A stretch of 64,000 nucleotides of DNA from Alloprevotella sp. (GTDB taxonomy: Bacteria; Bacteroidota; Bacteroidia; Bacteroidales; Bacteroidaceae), in NCBI GenBank assembly GCA_045600685.1, contig JAZRYH010000081.1:4365-68364 (forward strand). Reading direction: 5' to 3'. This document shows, one piece after another, positions 50,301 to 59,595 of this stretch. The position numbers and the translations under genes were made by a program. The notes beneath the pieces were generated by a model. The model saw nothing but the letters and a program-made list of their open reading frames with translations. It was not told the DNA's origin and made no database searches. Positions within the stretch are counted from its first letter, which is position 1. Each line of letters begins with the position of its first letter.

Positions 50301-51958
50301 GAAACCATCTTCGCAAGTAGGTTTTCCCTCTGCTTTATTTGCTGGTCAATAGTCTCGTTGCTGACACCAGTCAGATTCTCAAAATACGAATTGACTTGAT
50401 TCTTGCGTATGGTAGTATTTAGAGAATCACGCTTCCCCTTTAGCATTTTAAGTTCTTCCGCCTGGCTGCTGCTCAATGTTCCGTGCACAGTTTCCTCTTT
50501 CCTTTCCCATTGTAAGGTTTGATGATTATAAACGTTTTTTGTAACTGTGTATGTGGATTTAAGGATTGACTCTAATTCCTCAATTCGTTTGTTTACATCC
50601 TTAACCTCGTTTTCAGGCCTGCTAATCGATTTCTGGCCTTCAAGGGCAGCTATCTCCTCTTTGATTTTTTTGATATTTTTCAGTTTTTCTATTTCGGTAT
50701 CATACTTTGCGAAGATGTCCGGGTATTTCTGCTCCAACTTGTTCAAAGCTTCTCGACGTGTATCTGTTGAGAGGGATTCATCACCAGCAACACCTGCGAG
50801 TTCCTCCAACCTACGCTTGTGTTCTTCCTCTGCTTCGATTACTTTTTGTTTCTGGGCCTCATAAGCTTCATCTGCTTCTTTCATTCGTTCAGCTTCGGTT
50901 TTCATACTGACCATCGCAGCAACCACTCCAGTTATCAATGTTGCCACTAAAACGTATGGATTAGCAAGCATGGTTGCGTTGAGCATTTTCTGAGCTTTTT
51001 CCACCAACAGCAACCAATTGTAATGTAGTGCTTCAGCTGCTGTAGCCCATCCTTTAGCAGCGGTCACAAGCATAATAGCAGACTTATAGGTTCCATAAGT
51101 GGCTACCAGCCCCAACAATATGCGACCGAAACGCTCATAATGTTCTATCACATCCGATATGTTAGATAAAGTTGTATTGATGATACCCTCACTCTGTTGC
51201 CCAAGTTCATTAAACATCATTGATATGGAATCCTCAATGTTTGAGATCTGGCCCGTTATGGTTTTCGACTGTTCTTCCATGAGCCCTCCGAACTTGCCAC
51301 CCTCATTGGTCAAACTCTCCACAACTTTCTGTACTTCTGGGAAGCCAACCTTTCCAGCTTCCACCAATTCTTTTACCTTGTCCTCGGCCACACCGAATTG
51401 CTTGGCGAGTTCGGCAATCATTGGAATACCACGGTTGGTAAACTGATTAAGGTCTTGGGTGTACATGCGACCCTGCGCCATCGTAGTACCATACAAATAC
51501 ACGAGGTCGTTCAGTGGAACACTCAAACCTGCTGCTATGTCTCCGAGGCGTATCAACGTCTCATTCACTTTCTCAGCTTCAAATCCGTAGGCAAGCAACT
51601 GCTTGGCTCCCTGCGCCACATCTTCTAAGCCGAATGGCGTTGTCGCTGCAGTCTTGGTCAACTGCTGCATCAAGGAATCAGCCTTCTCTGCACTCTGGAG
51701 CATGGTCGTGAACGCGACCTCCAGCTGTTGGAACTGGCCTCGCACCTTGGTAACATTCGCCACCAGTTCTTTTATGGAGAACGCTGCCGCCAATTTACCG
51801 ACAGAACGTGTCAGACGATTAGAGATTTTCTCTGTCTGTTCAAGCTCTTTGTTTGTATTTGACACATTCTGATGCAACTCTTTCACCTTCCTCTGGCTTT
51901 TATCCATATTTGAGGAAAGTTTATCCACCATTAGTATCTCAATCTTTACTGGTTCCAT
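47390..51958 (-). CDS. Tail tape measure protein
   Basis: 1522 aa; AATTPF...GAKQLLAYG tape-measure motif, coiled coils, Gly/Ala hydrophobic stretch. Confidence 0.92.
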   Translation of the reverse strand: MEPVKIEILMVDKLSSNMDKSQRKVKELHQNVSNTNKELEQTEKISNRLTRSVGKLAAAFSIKELVANVTKVRGQFQQLEVAFTTMLQSAEKADSLMQQLTKTAATTPFGLEDVAQGAKQLLAYGFEAEKVNETLIRLGDIAAGLSVPLNDLVYLYGTTMAQGRMYTQDLNQFTNRGIPMIAELAKQFGVAEDKVKELVEAGKVGFPEVQKVVESLTNEGGKFGGLMEEQSKTITGQISNIEDSISMMFNELGQQSEGIINTTLSNISDVIEHYERFGRILLGLVATYGTYKSAIMLVTAAKGWATAAEALHYNWLLLVEKAQKMLNATMLANPYVLVATLITGVVAAMVSMKTEAERMKEADEAYEAQKQKVIEAEEEHKRRLEELAGVAGDESLSTDTRREALNKLEQKYPDIFAKYDTEIEKLKNIKKIKEEIAALEGQKSISRPENEVKDVNKRIEELESILKSTYTVTKNVYNHQTLQWERKEETVHGTLSSSQAEELKMLKGKRDSLNTTIRKNQVNSYFENLTGVSNETIDQQIKQRENLLAKMVSSEKKYGTITRGDSNLTGTYSRDELQYQLNKLRTEKNKRNAPRNSGSEWASKAKKDYENALKAYNDFIGDKNHKLTEEEFEKRRKELKDDLDQKKKEYDNVKPSTDSDADKKAKQRKKEQADVERRKQTQERLGQELVELQQANDEAEIEAMDEGLQKKLREIENEYQARKNALDKLESKWKRDNKKAGIVTGADGLTTDQADALREAHSQADAIRKKKTDDVNKANLQSMREYLKEYGDELQQEVAITEDYQEQIAKARANGDEGKALILERKLQEELSNMRLTNLRKSPEYIRAFEDLGKISTQTLQSLIKKFEDAKEAAAKSLDTNQLREYTDTLQQMYDELANRNPFEALTKALQELADAQKEAKDAQDIFNKVKGGQTVINKSTGISYTEAEASELLANAKDKESKAYTKLTKAATACAQRLKQFSDTMNQLGEMVGGKLGDSLGALGSMLESVSGAFDNIKGLNVNATGFEKTIGQFSAVAGTVSAMVEMNRQLDKLLPDADSLYEHYAAKQRELNEKRMRMIELEIEQLEQRLDAESWFYENGLTQLKKNAELNAEYAKAYGEVAAMPQEVYKNASSGFSKWAPAIIGAIVGIVAGVFTFGAGAGAGAALGAAIGSAIGGTAIGAALGATVVAAIGTAIFSGVGAALGNAVRAGIEGLTYKEGQTAAINNMRVQTRHKTFFRSEKTQDLQSWVKENWGQDLFEDVKGVQLIDPEVAKKLLEDGPTLVGETRETLEQLLEYSEKIHEFLDQVHEYVSEAFSPLVDNLTDAIWDWLSNGEDVMDKFKEYAGDTFRDIAKDALKAMITKNIFEPFQEQLEDLTIAYSTGQIDETAYMAGVAEFAKQASAAIEVQLPVMQNAAEVIEMAMKDAGIDIGTGEGQQQTGKVGALTTISQDQGTKLEGLFVSGQMHWASMDEKMKDVSMQIGLASDTLKRIEEHTGSSARSLEEIKEDIKIIKRDGIKVK

Positions 51959-52001
51959 GTTTTTTCTTGTTTAATTTGTCGCTATTTCATAGCAACTTTT
52001 T

Positions 52002-52313
52002 TCACTTCAGACGGCTCTGAAAGAATCCCACGATGTCGCCGGCTTCTTCCTCGGCACTCCGATTGTCCTTTTTCGCTTTCTTCTCGTCCACATAGCGAGG
52101 CGCGTCGGAAATCATCATGATTAGCGTCTGGTAGTTCACATCGTGAAGGATATATTCCACGCTCCAGCCAGTCGCACTCGCTATCTGCCATATAAAACCG
52201 AAAGGGCTATGGGAGCCTTCCCAACGGCTCTTTAACTCCCTTTCTTCATTCGGCTCAGTCTCAGCTTCATCGGATTCGCTATCTCGGCTGATCTGATAAT
52301 AGGTATAAAAGGG
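52002..52313 (-). CDS. Putative frameshifted tail-chaperone extension (T-like frame)
   Basis: Open -1 frame overlapping the chaperone end and stopping at 52002. Confidence 0.6.
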   Translation of the reverse strand, partial: PFYTYYQISRDSESDEAETEPNEERELKSRWEGSHSPFGFIWQIASATGWSVEYILHDVNYQTLIMMISDAPRYVDEKKAKKDNRSAEEEAGDIVGFFQSRLK

Positions 52314-52723
52314 TCTGTTCCCATCAGTGTAACGAATTTCTTCATCACTTCCATCTGGTACTCATACGTCATCATGTTGCGTATAAACCATGCCATGAGC
52401 CACACACAAAACTTACGGGCAAGATAACCGCGGCAAATCATATAAGCTATCATTCGGCTCACCTTCTTCCCATGGTTGACAAGGAACTGCATCTCCTCTT
52501 CTTTAGTGAAGTTCCACATTTGTTCACTTGTCACGCCCATAGAAAGATATGTCCGGGCAATTCGTAACTGCCCGGACATACTCGGTCGCTTCATGGTCAC
52601 ACGCAGCACTAAGGGAGTCTTCTTGAATGGTATGCGTATTGCCTTCAAGGGCACACTCACACCAATGTCAAGCAACGCATCTGCACCCTCCCTTTGTATC
52701 TGTCTGATCACATTTTCTTCCAT
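52232..52723 (-). CDS. Tail assembly chaperone (G-like)
   Basis: Lies between major tail and tape measure genes. Confidence 0.65.
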   Translation of the reverse strand: MEENVIRQIQREGADALLDIGVSVPLKAIRIPFKKTPLVLRVTMKRPSMSGQLRIARTYLSMGVTSEQMWNFTKEEEMQFLVNHGKKVSRMIAYMICRGYLARKFCVWLMAWFIRNMMTYEYQMEVMKKFVTLMGTDPFIPIIRSAEIANPMKLRLSRMKKGS

Positions 52724-53235
52724 CAGCCTTCACTCGGTGTGTCGTTGATTTCGTAAGGAGCACTGCCGTCAGAAGGCTTCAGCACCTTAAGCTGGCACTC
52801 CAGCTTCGACACCTCTGTCAGTGTCAGCTTGCCGCCAAGGTTTGCCAGCAGCTGGCCGGCAGGAATGGTCATCGTCTGGCCGCTCACAAAGTCGATGGTA
52901 ATCTTGTCACTAATCTCTACAAGGCTCGTAGGGGCCTTCCAGCCTGTCACAGTCTGGCTACCGCTTGTGCCGGTAGTCACCAGAGTTCCGCCAAGCACCT
53001 TCTGAATCTGCTCATAGTTCAGCTGGATGAGGTTGAACGTAGGACTAATCTGACCGTTCTTCGTCAGCAGGGTCAGCACAGGGGCATCGGGAACCTGCTC
53101 CGCTTCCACGTCTGTGCTCTCGGGCTTTGTGCCGCCCCAATCCCAGCTGCCTTTCTCAATGTAACCCAATGTCACTGCCGATGAGCCAGTGCCCATCTTA
53201 ACGGCTGCTATGCCGTAAATAAAATTCTTGTTCAT
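52723..53235 (-). CDS. Major tail tube protein
   Basis: 170-aa beta-rich ORF in the expected position; start placed at MNKNFIY. Confidence 0.65.
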   Translation of the reverse strand: MNKNFIYGIAAVKMGTGSSAVTLGYIEKGSWDWGGTKPESTDVEAEQVPDAPVLTLLTKNGQISPTFNLIQLNYEQIQKVLGGTLVTTGTSGSQTVTGWKAPTSLVEISDKITIDFVSGQTMTIPAGQLLANLGGKLTLTEVSKLECQLKVLKPSDGSAPYEINDTPSEG

Positions 53236-53876
53236 TTTTTCAGTTTTATAAAGATGATTGTTGTTACTAACATACCGGACAAAAGTCCGAAGAAATACCA
53301 TTTCAATGCCGTTCCAATGCCGCTGCGACTGCATTCCTTCACCTCTTCCTGCTCATGGGAAGCGGAGGACTGCTTCTCCGCTGTGGAGCTCATAGCCTCT
53401 CCATAAGCCTTGCGAAGGTTCTTGATGGTGCGCTCATACCGCTCGCACTGCATCGCCAGACTGTCGCATGAGGCATACACATAGATGTATTCGGGTTCTG
53501 TCGCCGTGGCGTCTTTCCGGCTTACGCTTACGCTCGCCTGGCCGCTCCGGCCGCTGTAGCTCGCTCCAGGAGGAAGACTACGGAGGCTGTCCGTCGCTAT
53601 CGTCAGGCTCACTGCCGACATCGGCACTATCACCGCCTCCGTCCGTACTTCCGTAACCTCGCTTACGCTGTCTGCGGACAGAACCGTCACGTTCTCCGCG
53701 CTGACAGTCTCGGACGCATAGTCCGCTCTCTCCTGGGTCTCGCTCTTTCGCGATGTTGCGCATCCGGTCAAGAACAGGGCAAGTAGCGCTGTAACGACAG
53801 CTGTTCGCACTGTCAATCGCTTTCCTGAGACGTGCCATCTCGCGCTTGACGCCGCTAAGGTCTTTTCTTGTGTCAT
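53232..53876 (-). CDS. Lipoprotein with C-terminal TM helix (spanin-like)
   Basis: Lipobox LTGC; C-terminal hydrophobic helix plus KLKK; start uncertain. Confidence 0.65.
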   Translation of the reverse strand: MTQEKTLAASSARWHVSGKRLTVRTAVVTALLALFLTGCATSRKSETQERADYASETVSAENVTVLSADSVSEVTEVRTEAVIVPMSAVSLTIATDSLRSLPPGASYSGRSGQASVSVSRKDATATEPEYIYVYASCDSLAMQCERYERTIKNLRKAYGEAMSSTAEKQSSASHEQEEVKECSRSGIGTALKWYFFGLLSGMLVTTIIFIKLKK

Positions 53877-54093
53877 TCAGCTCTTCTGTTAAGGGTTTTA
53901 CAATGTTCTGCATCAATATACGGGTGGCCTGCTCAGTGTTAGTTATCTTCACCGTGTCGCTTTCGGCAAGAGCCTTCTCTGCCTCCGCACGCGCTTTCTT
54001 CAAGGCGCTGCGGATGGTCACTATGGAGATAATGGCACCGACCAGACTCCCGCCCAAAACCACATTGAGGATTTCACTGAGTTCCATTTCCAT
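53578..54093 (-). CDS. TM plus coiled-coil lysis protein (holin or i-spanin-like)
   Basis: N-terminal TM then coiled coil; directly after the endolysin. Confidence 0.6.
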   Translation of the reverse strand: MEMELSEILNVVLGGSLVGAIISIVTIRSALKKARAEAEKALAESDTVKITNTEQATRILMQNIVKPLTEELNDTRKDLSGVKREMARLRKAIDSANSCRYSATCPVLDRMRNIAKERDPGESGLCVRDCQRGERDGSVRRQRKRGYGSTDGGGDSADVGSEPDDSDGQPP

Positions 54094-54099
54094 ATATCG

Positions 54100-54567
54100 T
54101 TATTGCTTGATTCCTATTTCCGTGAGCCAAGCCTGAACGTCAAAGCTCGGGCAGGCCTTGTTCGCCACCTCCCTGTGACCGATAATCCGTACTTGCGGGA
54201 AACGCTGGTGAAAGTCCGTCACATACGATGCCAGAGCTCTTTTCTGGGCTTCCGTACGGGTGTCTTTCGGTGTCTGGCCGTCAACGGCAAGACCACCGAC
54301 ATACACCACGTGGCGGCTGATGCCATTGTAGTCCTTGGCTCCGTTGGTGATTTCCCACGAATCCACTTTCACGTCTTCGTTGTTGTCCACCAGACGCTCA
54401 ACGCGCCCGTCCAGATGTATCATGTCTGTGTAACCCACCTGCTTCCAGCCACGACCACCCTTCGACACAGGGTCTGTGTGCCAGTGGCGAATCTCACTGG
54501 ATTTCACCTCACGGCCTTCGCGCGTGGCTGTGCAGTGGATTATAAGGTATTGAAGCGACTTGCTCAT
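54100..54567 (-). CDS. Endolysin, N-acetylmuramoyl-L-alanine amidase
   Basis: IIHCTA, GWKQVGY, YVGG, GHRE, KACPSF. Confidence 0.92.
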   Translation of the reverse strand: MSKSLQYLIIHCTATREGREVKSSEIRHWHTDPVSKGGRGWKQVGYTDMIHLDGRVERLVDNNEDVKVDSWEITNGAKDYNGISRHVVYVGGLAVDGQTPKDTRTEAQKRALASYVTDFHQRFPQVRIIGHREVANKACPSFDVQAWLTEIGIKQ

Positions 54568-54782
54568 GACTTCTTTCTCTTTTTTGACACCGTGCCAGAC
54601 GGCTCTTCTTCTGGGCCTTCTGCGTCCGAAGTGCCTGTGGCAGTCTCCTGTGCCGCGCACAGACCTCGGTTGATGAGGTCTTGTGCACGTACAGGGTCTT
54701 CCACGTCTATCACTTCCTGCGGACGATACACCGTCACATGGTCGGTCTTGTCACGGAAGGGTTTCTTTACTGTCAGTTTCAT
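54564..54782 (-). CDS. Small phage protein
   Basis: 72-aa ORF coupled (ATGA overlap) to the amidase. Confidence 0.7.
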   Translation of the reverse strand: MKLTVKKPFRDKTDHVTVYRPQEVIDVEDPVRAQDLINRGLCAAQETATGTSDAEGPEEEPSGTVSKKRKKS

Positions 54783-54794
54783 GATGCCTGCAGT

Positions 54795-56135
54795 TTAAGC
54801 TTCTGCCATTGCCTGGGTAACGGAAACTTCCATGGTTACGTCGCTGCCTTCCACGCCGATGGTCACGGTTGCAGTTCGGGTTGACGGAGATGCGGCAAAG
54901 TAGTTGTAGGCGGTGCGGGTGAAGGTCACCTTGTTGCCTTCTACTGCTACGGTCAGCCAGTCCTGATCACTCTCTGCCGTAATGCCGGCTCCGTTGCTCG
55001 TTGCATACGTGCGGGTGTTGCTGCCACTTGTGGCGGCAAGGCTCAGGCTGTTGGCACCGGTAATCGTAGGCTCATCGTCTTCGCCTGCCTCGTAGCCGCT
55101 GTATATGACGGCTCCCGCATCTGCCTTCTTAGGCATACACACAAACATGTGGCGGAAGTTTATCTTGTTGCGCTGGTATTCAGGGTCGGTGCTGGCCTCG
55201 CTGTAGTACATCTTGGTTGAACCGGTTGCCTTGAACACACGTTGTACATAGAAGGCAAACGAACACTGGAACTCGCCGCTCTGAGGTGTATAGCCCACGG
55301 CCTTCTTCACACCGCTTGAACTATACACAGGGTTGTTCGCGAACTCGTAGATGTCAAAGCCATACTGGCGGCCAATAGTGCCATTGCCACGGTCTATGTT
55401 GTATTGCTCCTTGAAACGCTGGTCCGTCTCCAACAGGTCGTTCACGTGGTCCGAGCACAGCACCAGGCGGCGGCCCGCAGCAGGAACCTTCAGATTATCA
55501 AGCGCACGCTTCAGGTTGATGATGTCTTGCATGCACAGTTTCACACGGCCTGTTTCCGCATCCCGTGAACCTGTGGTCGCAAGTACAGGCGTCTTGGAAG
55601 TGTGTTGCTGAGCACAGAGCGCATGGGCCGCTTTCTGGAATTTTGAGTCGTTGATGGCATTGCCGTGGCTTTCCTTCACACGCGACATCTTGTCATAGCT
55701 GATGGCGTAGAGCTCATCATCGGTCACAGGCGTCACCTTTGTCTGGAACTTGTCCAGCTGGATGGCGATGTCGGCATCTTCCAGAGCCTGGAGGGGAATA
55801 GGATAGGTCGTGTTGTTAATCAGCACCTCAGGGTCAACGCCTACTTCTACAAGGTGTATCACATCATTGTTCACGATGCTCGAACTGTCAGGGATGCCGT
55901 CAAGCCATGTGGCTTCAAGGCCACGGCGAAGGTGCTTTACAAGCTCGCCGGTCCAAATCTCGGTATATACACCGGCACGGAAACTTCCGGCAGGAGCCAC
56001 CTCGCCAAGAGTGGCGGCAATAACATTCAGGCCTACGGCACCCGTCATGGGGTCGAGGCCGACTACGGCGGCAAGCGTGCCGCCCATCAGGCAGTTCACA
56101 AGAACCGCTCCAATCATTGCTAAAATTCGAATCAT
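54795..56135 (-). CDS. Major capsid protein with C-terminal BACON-like domain
   Basis: Follows protease/scaffold; C-terminal DWLTV...RTATVTI...VTQA. Confidence 0.8.
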   Translation of the reverse strand: MIRILAMIGAVLVNCLMGGTLAAVVGLDPMTGAVGLNVIAATLGEVAPAGSFRAGVYTEIWTGELVKHLRRGLEATWLDGIPDSSSIVNNDVIHLVEVGVDPEVLINNTTYPIPLQALEDADIAIQLDKFQTKVTPVTDDELYAISYDKMSRVKESHGNAINDSKFQKAAHALCAQQHTSKTPVLATTGSRDAETGRVKLCMQDIINLKRALDNLKVPAAGRRLVLCSDHVNDLLETDQRFKEQYNIDRGNGTIGRQYGFDIYEFANNPVYSSSGVKKAVGYTPQSGEFQCSFAFYVQRVFKATGSTKMYYSEASTDPEYQRNKINFRHMFVCMPKKADAGAVIYSGYEAGEDDEPTITGANSLSLAATSGSNTRTYATSNGAGITAESDQDWLTVAVEGNKVTFTRTAYNYFAASPSTRTATVTIGVEGSDVTMEVSVTQAMAEA

Positions 56136-56162
56136 TGTTTTCTTCTTTTTGTTGGTTTAACT

Positions 56163-57110
56163 TCAGATTGCGCACTCAATGCCGTACTCGGCCTTGTACA
56201 GTTTCTTGTACTGGGCAGGGTTCTGTTCGCGGAGCTTTTCAAGTTCCTCGCACGGGACGTCGCTCAGTTTTTTGTACTCAGCATTTCCACCGATCGGGGC
56301 ATTTCCACCTCCCACGATGTGGCTCAGCTTTACCTGGGGTGACATCGCATCGAATGTCTGCTTCAACTCTTCGGCGCCAATCTTGCCACCGAGGTTCATG
56401 AAATGCTGCTTCTTGTCCTCGCCAATCTTCTTCTCGGAAATCGCGGCGTTCACAAGGGTTTCGATACGTGCGGCACGCAGAGTGTCGCGTTCCTGGCGCA
56501 AGGTCTCGGCCTCTGCACCGTCAGCCTGCAACTTGGCCAACTTGGCGGTGATGGTCGCTTCATCGGCATCTTTCGGCAAGCCCAATTGAAGAGCTAACTT
56601 CTCTTGATCCATTTGGTTTGTTTTTTTATTAGGGTTGGTAATATGCAGCTGCGGCAACACCTCTGCCGCATTCTTGCCTAATGTCAGGAGCACACCGTCT
56701 TTCTGCAGGACGATGGCATCGTCATTCGCGCCTATGTCAACAAGCGACACCTCAAACAGTTTGCTCTTGGTGATGGTCGGGGTCGTCTGTCCCTGCATCA
56801 GGAACTCTGGCGCATCGCTGGTTTCAAGTATATCAATCCCCGCGCTCACCATCTTCAGGCTCCCGAACTCCCACTGCTTCTTGCAACGCAGGCTCAACTC
56901 ACTGGCCTCGTCAAACACCAGTTCGCCGGTAACCTCGGTTCCCTCCACCTTCAGGTCTTTTACATACCCTATTACTTGACCGCGCTCGTGCATATACAGA
57001 AGCACAGGATTCCTGTTGTATTGCTCTACGTTCATGCCGGAGGTCAGCACGCGCGTTCCGTAGCTGTTCAGGCTCTCGTTGCTGATTCTTACTCGTTTTG
57101 CTTTTCCCAT
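56163..57110 (-). CDS. Prohead protease/scaffold
   Basis: NPVLLYMH, SAG, LFEVSLVDIGAN; helical C-terminal half. Confidence 0.85.
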   Translation of the reverse strand: MGKAKRVRISNESLNSYGTRVLTSGMNVEQYNRNPVLLYMHERGQVIGYVKDLKVEGTEVTGELVFDEASELSLRCKKQWEFGSLKMVSAGIDILETSDAPEFLMQGQTTPTITKSKLFEVSLVDIGANDDAIVLQKDGVLLTLGKNAAEVLPQLHITNPNKKTNQMDQEKLALQLGLPKDADEATITAKLAKLQADGAEAETLRQERDTLRAARIETLVNAAISEKKIGEDKKQHFMNLGGKIGAEELKQTFDAMSPQVKLSHIVGGGNAPIGGNAEYKKLSDVPCEELEKLREQNPAQYKKLYKAEYGIECAI

Positions 57111-57306
57111 TGTTGTATTCTTTATGCTGTGCGGTTCCGCACAGCTGCAATTGTTTGTGGTGCAAAATTGCAGACTATAATTGACCCTGCAAAAAAAGTG
57201 TGAAACGGTTGCACACTTCTATGCAACCATTGCACACTTATTTCTCAGAACGGCTGAAAATAGCCAATTTTGCAGCAGTTTCCAAATCCTTAATAAAAAC
57301 GTTTTT

Positions 57307-57780
57307 ATGACAAAGCAAGAAATTGAAAGAAAGAAACAGCTCGGACGGTCTCTCTACATGTCCGGCATGGAACTGACTGAGATTGCCGACCAGCTTGGCG
57401 TATCTCGCCAGTCTGTCTCAAAGTGGTGCAGCACCGACGGGTGGAAGGAGGCGCGTGCTGCCAAGAACATCTCACGCCCAGAACTTGTCAACAAGCTTCT
57501 TCTCGCCATTGACAATCTCATCGGGCAGGTCAATGCCTCCGGCGACCCTGAAGCCATCGGCTCACTCGCCGACAAACTCTCGAAACTCTCTGCCACCATC
57601 GAGAAACTGGACAAGAAGGCCAATGTCATCGATGCCATTGAGGTATTTATGGCCTTCAATCGCTGGATTCAGGACCAGGCTTGCTATGACCCTGACATCA
57701 CGCCGGAACTCATCAAGGCCATCAACAAGTACCAGAACAAGTTCCTCATGGAAAAGATGACTCACACCGCTGAACTGTAA
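57307..57780 (+). CDS. HTH protein, probable terminase small subunit
   Basis: EIADQLGVSRQSVSKW; directly before the terminase. Confidence 0.7.
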   Translation: MTKQEIERKKQLGRSLYMSGMELTEIADQLGVSRQSVSKWCSTDGWKEARAAKNISRPELVNKLLLAIDNLIGQVNASGDPEAIGSLADKLSKLSATIEKLDKKANVIDAIEVFMAFNRWIQDQACYDPDITPELIKAINKYQNKFLMEKMTHTAEL

Positions 57781-57783
57781 ACC

Positions 57784-59346
57784 ATGGCATCCATAGCGGA
57801 CTTCAAGAAACTGCAGGAGGAGTGGCGTGAGCATTGCCGGCAAATCCAGGCTATCACTGACACCAAGTCTCTCCAAAGGGAGAACGCCTCGCAAAAGGAG
57901 CAGCGCATAAAGCGGCTCCAGAAAGACTATGCCGCTTTCTGTGAGTATTATTTCCCGCATTTCCTTACGTTGCGCGACAAGGTGACGGGGGAGGCTATTC
58001 GCACCATACACAACGCACCGTTTCACAACGCTGCCGCCACCAAAGTCAAGAATACGCCTAACCTTAAGGCGGTTTTCAAGTGGCCGCGAGGACATGCAAA
58101 ATCCACGCACTTCGACATTTTCATGCCGCTCTGGTTGATGTTCCAGCCGAAGCGGCTCATCAATTTTATGGTCATCGTCGGTAAGTCCGAGGACAGTGCC
58201 GACCGTCTCCTTGGCGACATCCAGGCGGAACTGCAGTACAACAAACGAATCATCGCCGACTTCGGAAAACAGATGTCTATGGGCAACTGGACGGAAGGGG
58301 AGTTCACCACCAAGGACGGGGTCTATTTCCTGGCTTGTGGACGTGGACAGTCACCGCGTGGCCTACGTAAGCGGGAGGCACGGCCGGACTACATCGTCAT
58401 CGACGACCTCGATGATGATGAGCTTTGCCGTAACGAGCGACGCGTACGTGAACTCACCGATTGGGTCAAGGAGGCGCTTTTCGGGGCCCTGGATGTGGGA
58501 CGTGGACGTTTCCTCATGGTGGGTAACCTCATCTCAAAGACTTCTGTTCTGGCCAATATCTGTGCCACCAAAGGAGTACATGTTTCTACCATATATGCCG
58601 TCGATAGCGAAGGAAACCCCGTATGGAAAGAGAAATGGACTAAGGAAGAGGCACGAGAGTATGCCGACTTCGTCGGGTATCGCGCTTGGAACAAGGAGAT
58701 GATGCACAACCCCATCGTCGAGGGAACCGTATTCCGCCAGGAGTGGATACGTTGGGCCAAAAGGCCGGCGTGGAAGGACTTCACCGAATTTGTCCTCTAC
58801 ATCGACCCGTCTTGGAAAAGCAAGAAGACCAACGACACTAAGGCCGCCAAACTATGGGCTAAGCACAACACCAACCTTTGGCATCTACGCGCTTTTGTCC
58901 GCAAGGCATCGGTAGCAGAACTTGTACGCTGGTGTTATGACCTCTACGAATGGAGCCAGACTGTAGGCATTGCCATACGCTTTGCCATGGAGGCTTCTTT
59001 CATGCAGGATATGATTCTCGACGACTTCACCGAGGAGGGAAATCTACGTGGCTACCAACTCCCCATCACCGGCGACACACGAAAGAAGCCGGACAAGTTC
59101 CAGCGCGTCGAGGCTATCAGTCCGCTTTGGGAGAGAGGTTTCGTGTTCTACGACATCGCACAAAAGGACGACCCCGACATGCAAGCCGGACTCGAGCAGC
59201 TCCTTGCCTTCGAGAAAGGAATGGCAGGTAACGACGACGCACCCGATGCCGATGAGGGAGCCATCTACATCCTCCAAAAGAATACAAGACAACAGATTTA
59301 TTCACCGAGGTTCGGCAAACGACCCTCCTCAAAAAACCAGTGGTAA
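57784..59346 (+). CDS. Terminase large subunit
   Basis: PRGHAKST, IVIDD, YIDPS, DDAPDA. Confidence 0.92.
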   Translation: MASIADFKKLQEEWREHCRQIQAITDTKSLQRENASQKEQRIKRLQKDYAAFCEYYFPHFLTLRDKVTGEAIRTIHNAPFHNAAATKVKNTPNLKAVFKWPRGHAKSTHFDIFMPLWLMFQPKRLINFMVIVGKSEDSADRLLGDIQAELQYNKRIIADFGKQMSMGNWTEGEFTTKDGVYFLACGRGQSPRGLRKREARPDYIVIDDLDDDELCRNERRVRELTDWVKEALFGALDVGRGRFLMVGNLISKTSVLANICATKGVHVSTIYAVDSEGNPVWKEKWTKEEAREYADFVGYRAWNKEMMHNPIVEGTVFRQEWIRWAKRPAWKDFTEFVLYIDPSWKSKKTNDTKAAKLWAKHNTNLWHLRAFVRKASVAELVRWCYDLYEWSQTVGIAIRFAMEASFMQDMILDDFTEEGNLRGYQLPITGDTRKKPDKFQRVEAISPLWERGFVFYDIAQKDDPDMQAGLEQLLAFEKGMAGNDDAPDADEGAIYILQKNTRQQIYSPRFGKRPSSKNQW

Positions 59347-59585
59347 TGAAACATATTAAAGCACTCATCAAAAGGCTTGTCTTTGCCTGCCGTTTCAAGC
59401 GGGCCGTCAAGAAAGCAGACCACTTTCACCATATCACCCACCGCAAATATATGGTGCTCGTCATTAACAAACGCCTCGAAGTACTCTCCAAGCAGGAACT
59501 CAAAAAGTTCATCGCCAGCGGGGTATTTCGCAAAGGTACCACCATCTCTGACATTGAAGCAAAGGCGCTTTACATAACACTCTAA
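59346..59585 (+). CDS. Small basic phage protein
   Basis: Start overlaps the terminase stop (TAATG). Confidence 0.7.
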   Translation: MKHIKALIKRLVFACRFKRAVKKADHFHHITHRKYMVLVINKRLEVLSKQELKKFIASGVFRKGTTISDIEAKALYITL

Positions 59586-59595
59586 ACTTCTGGCT

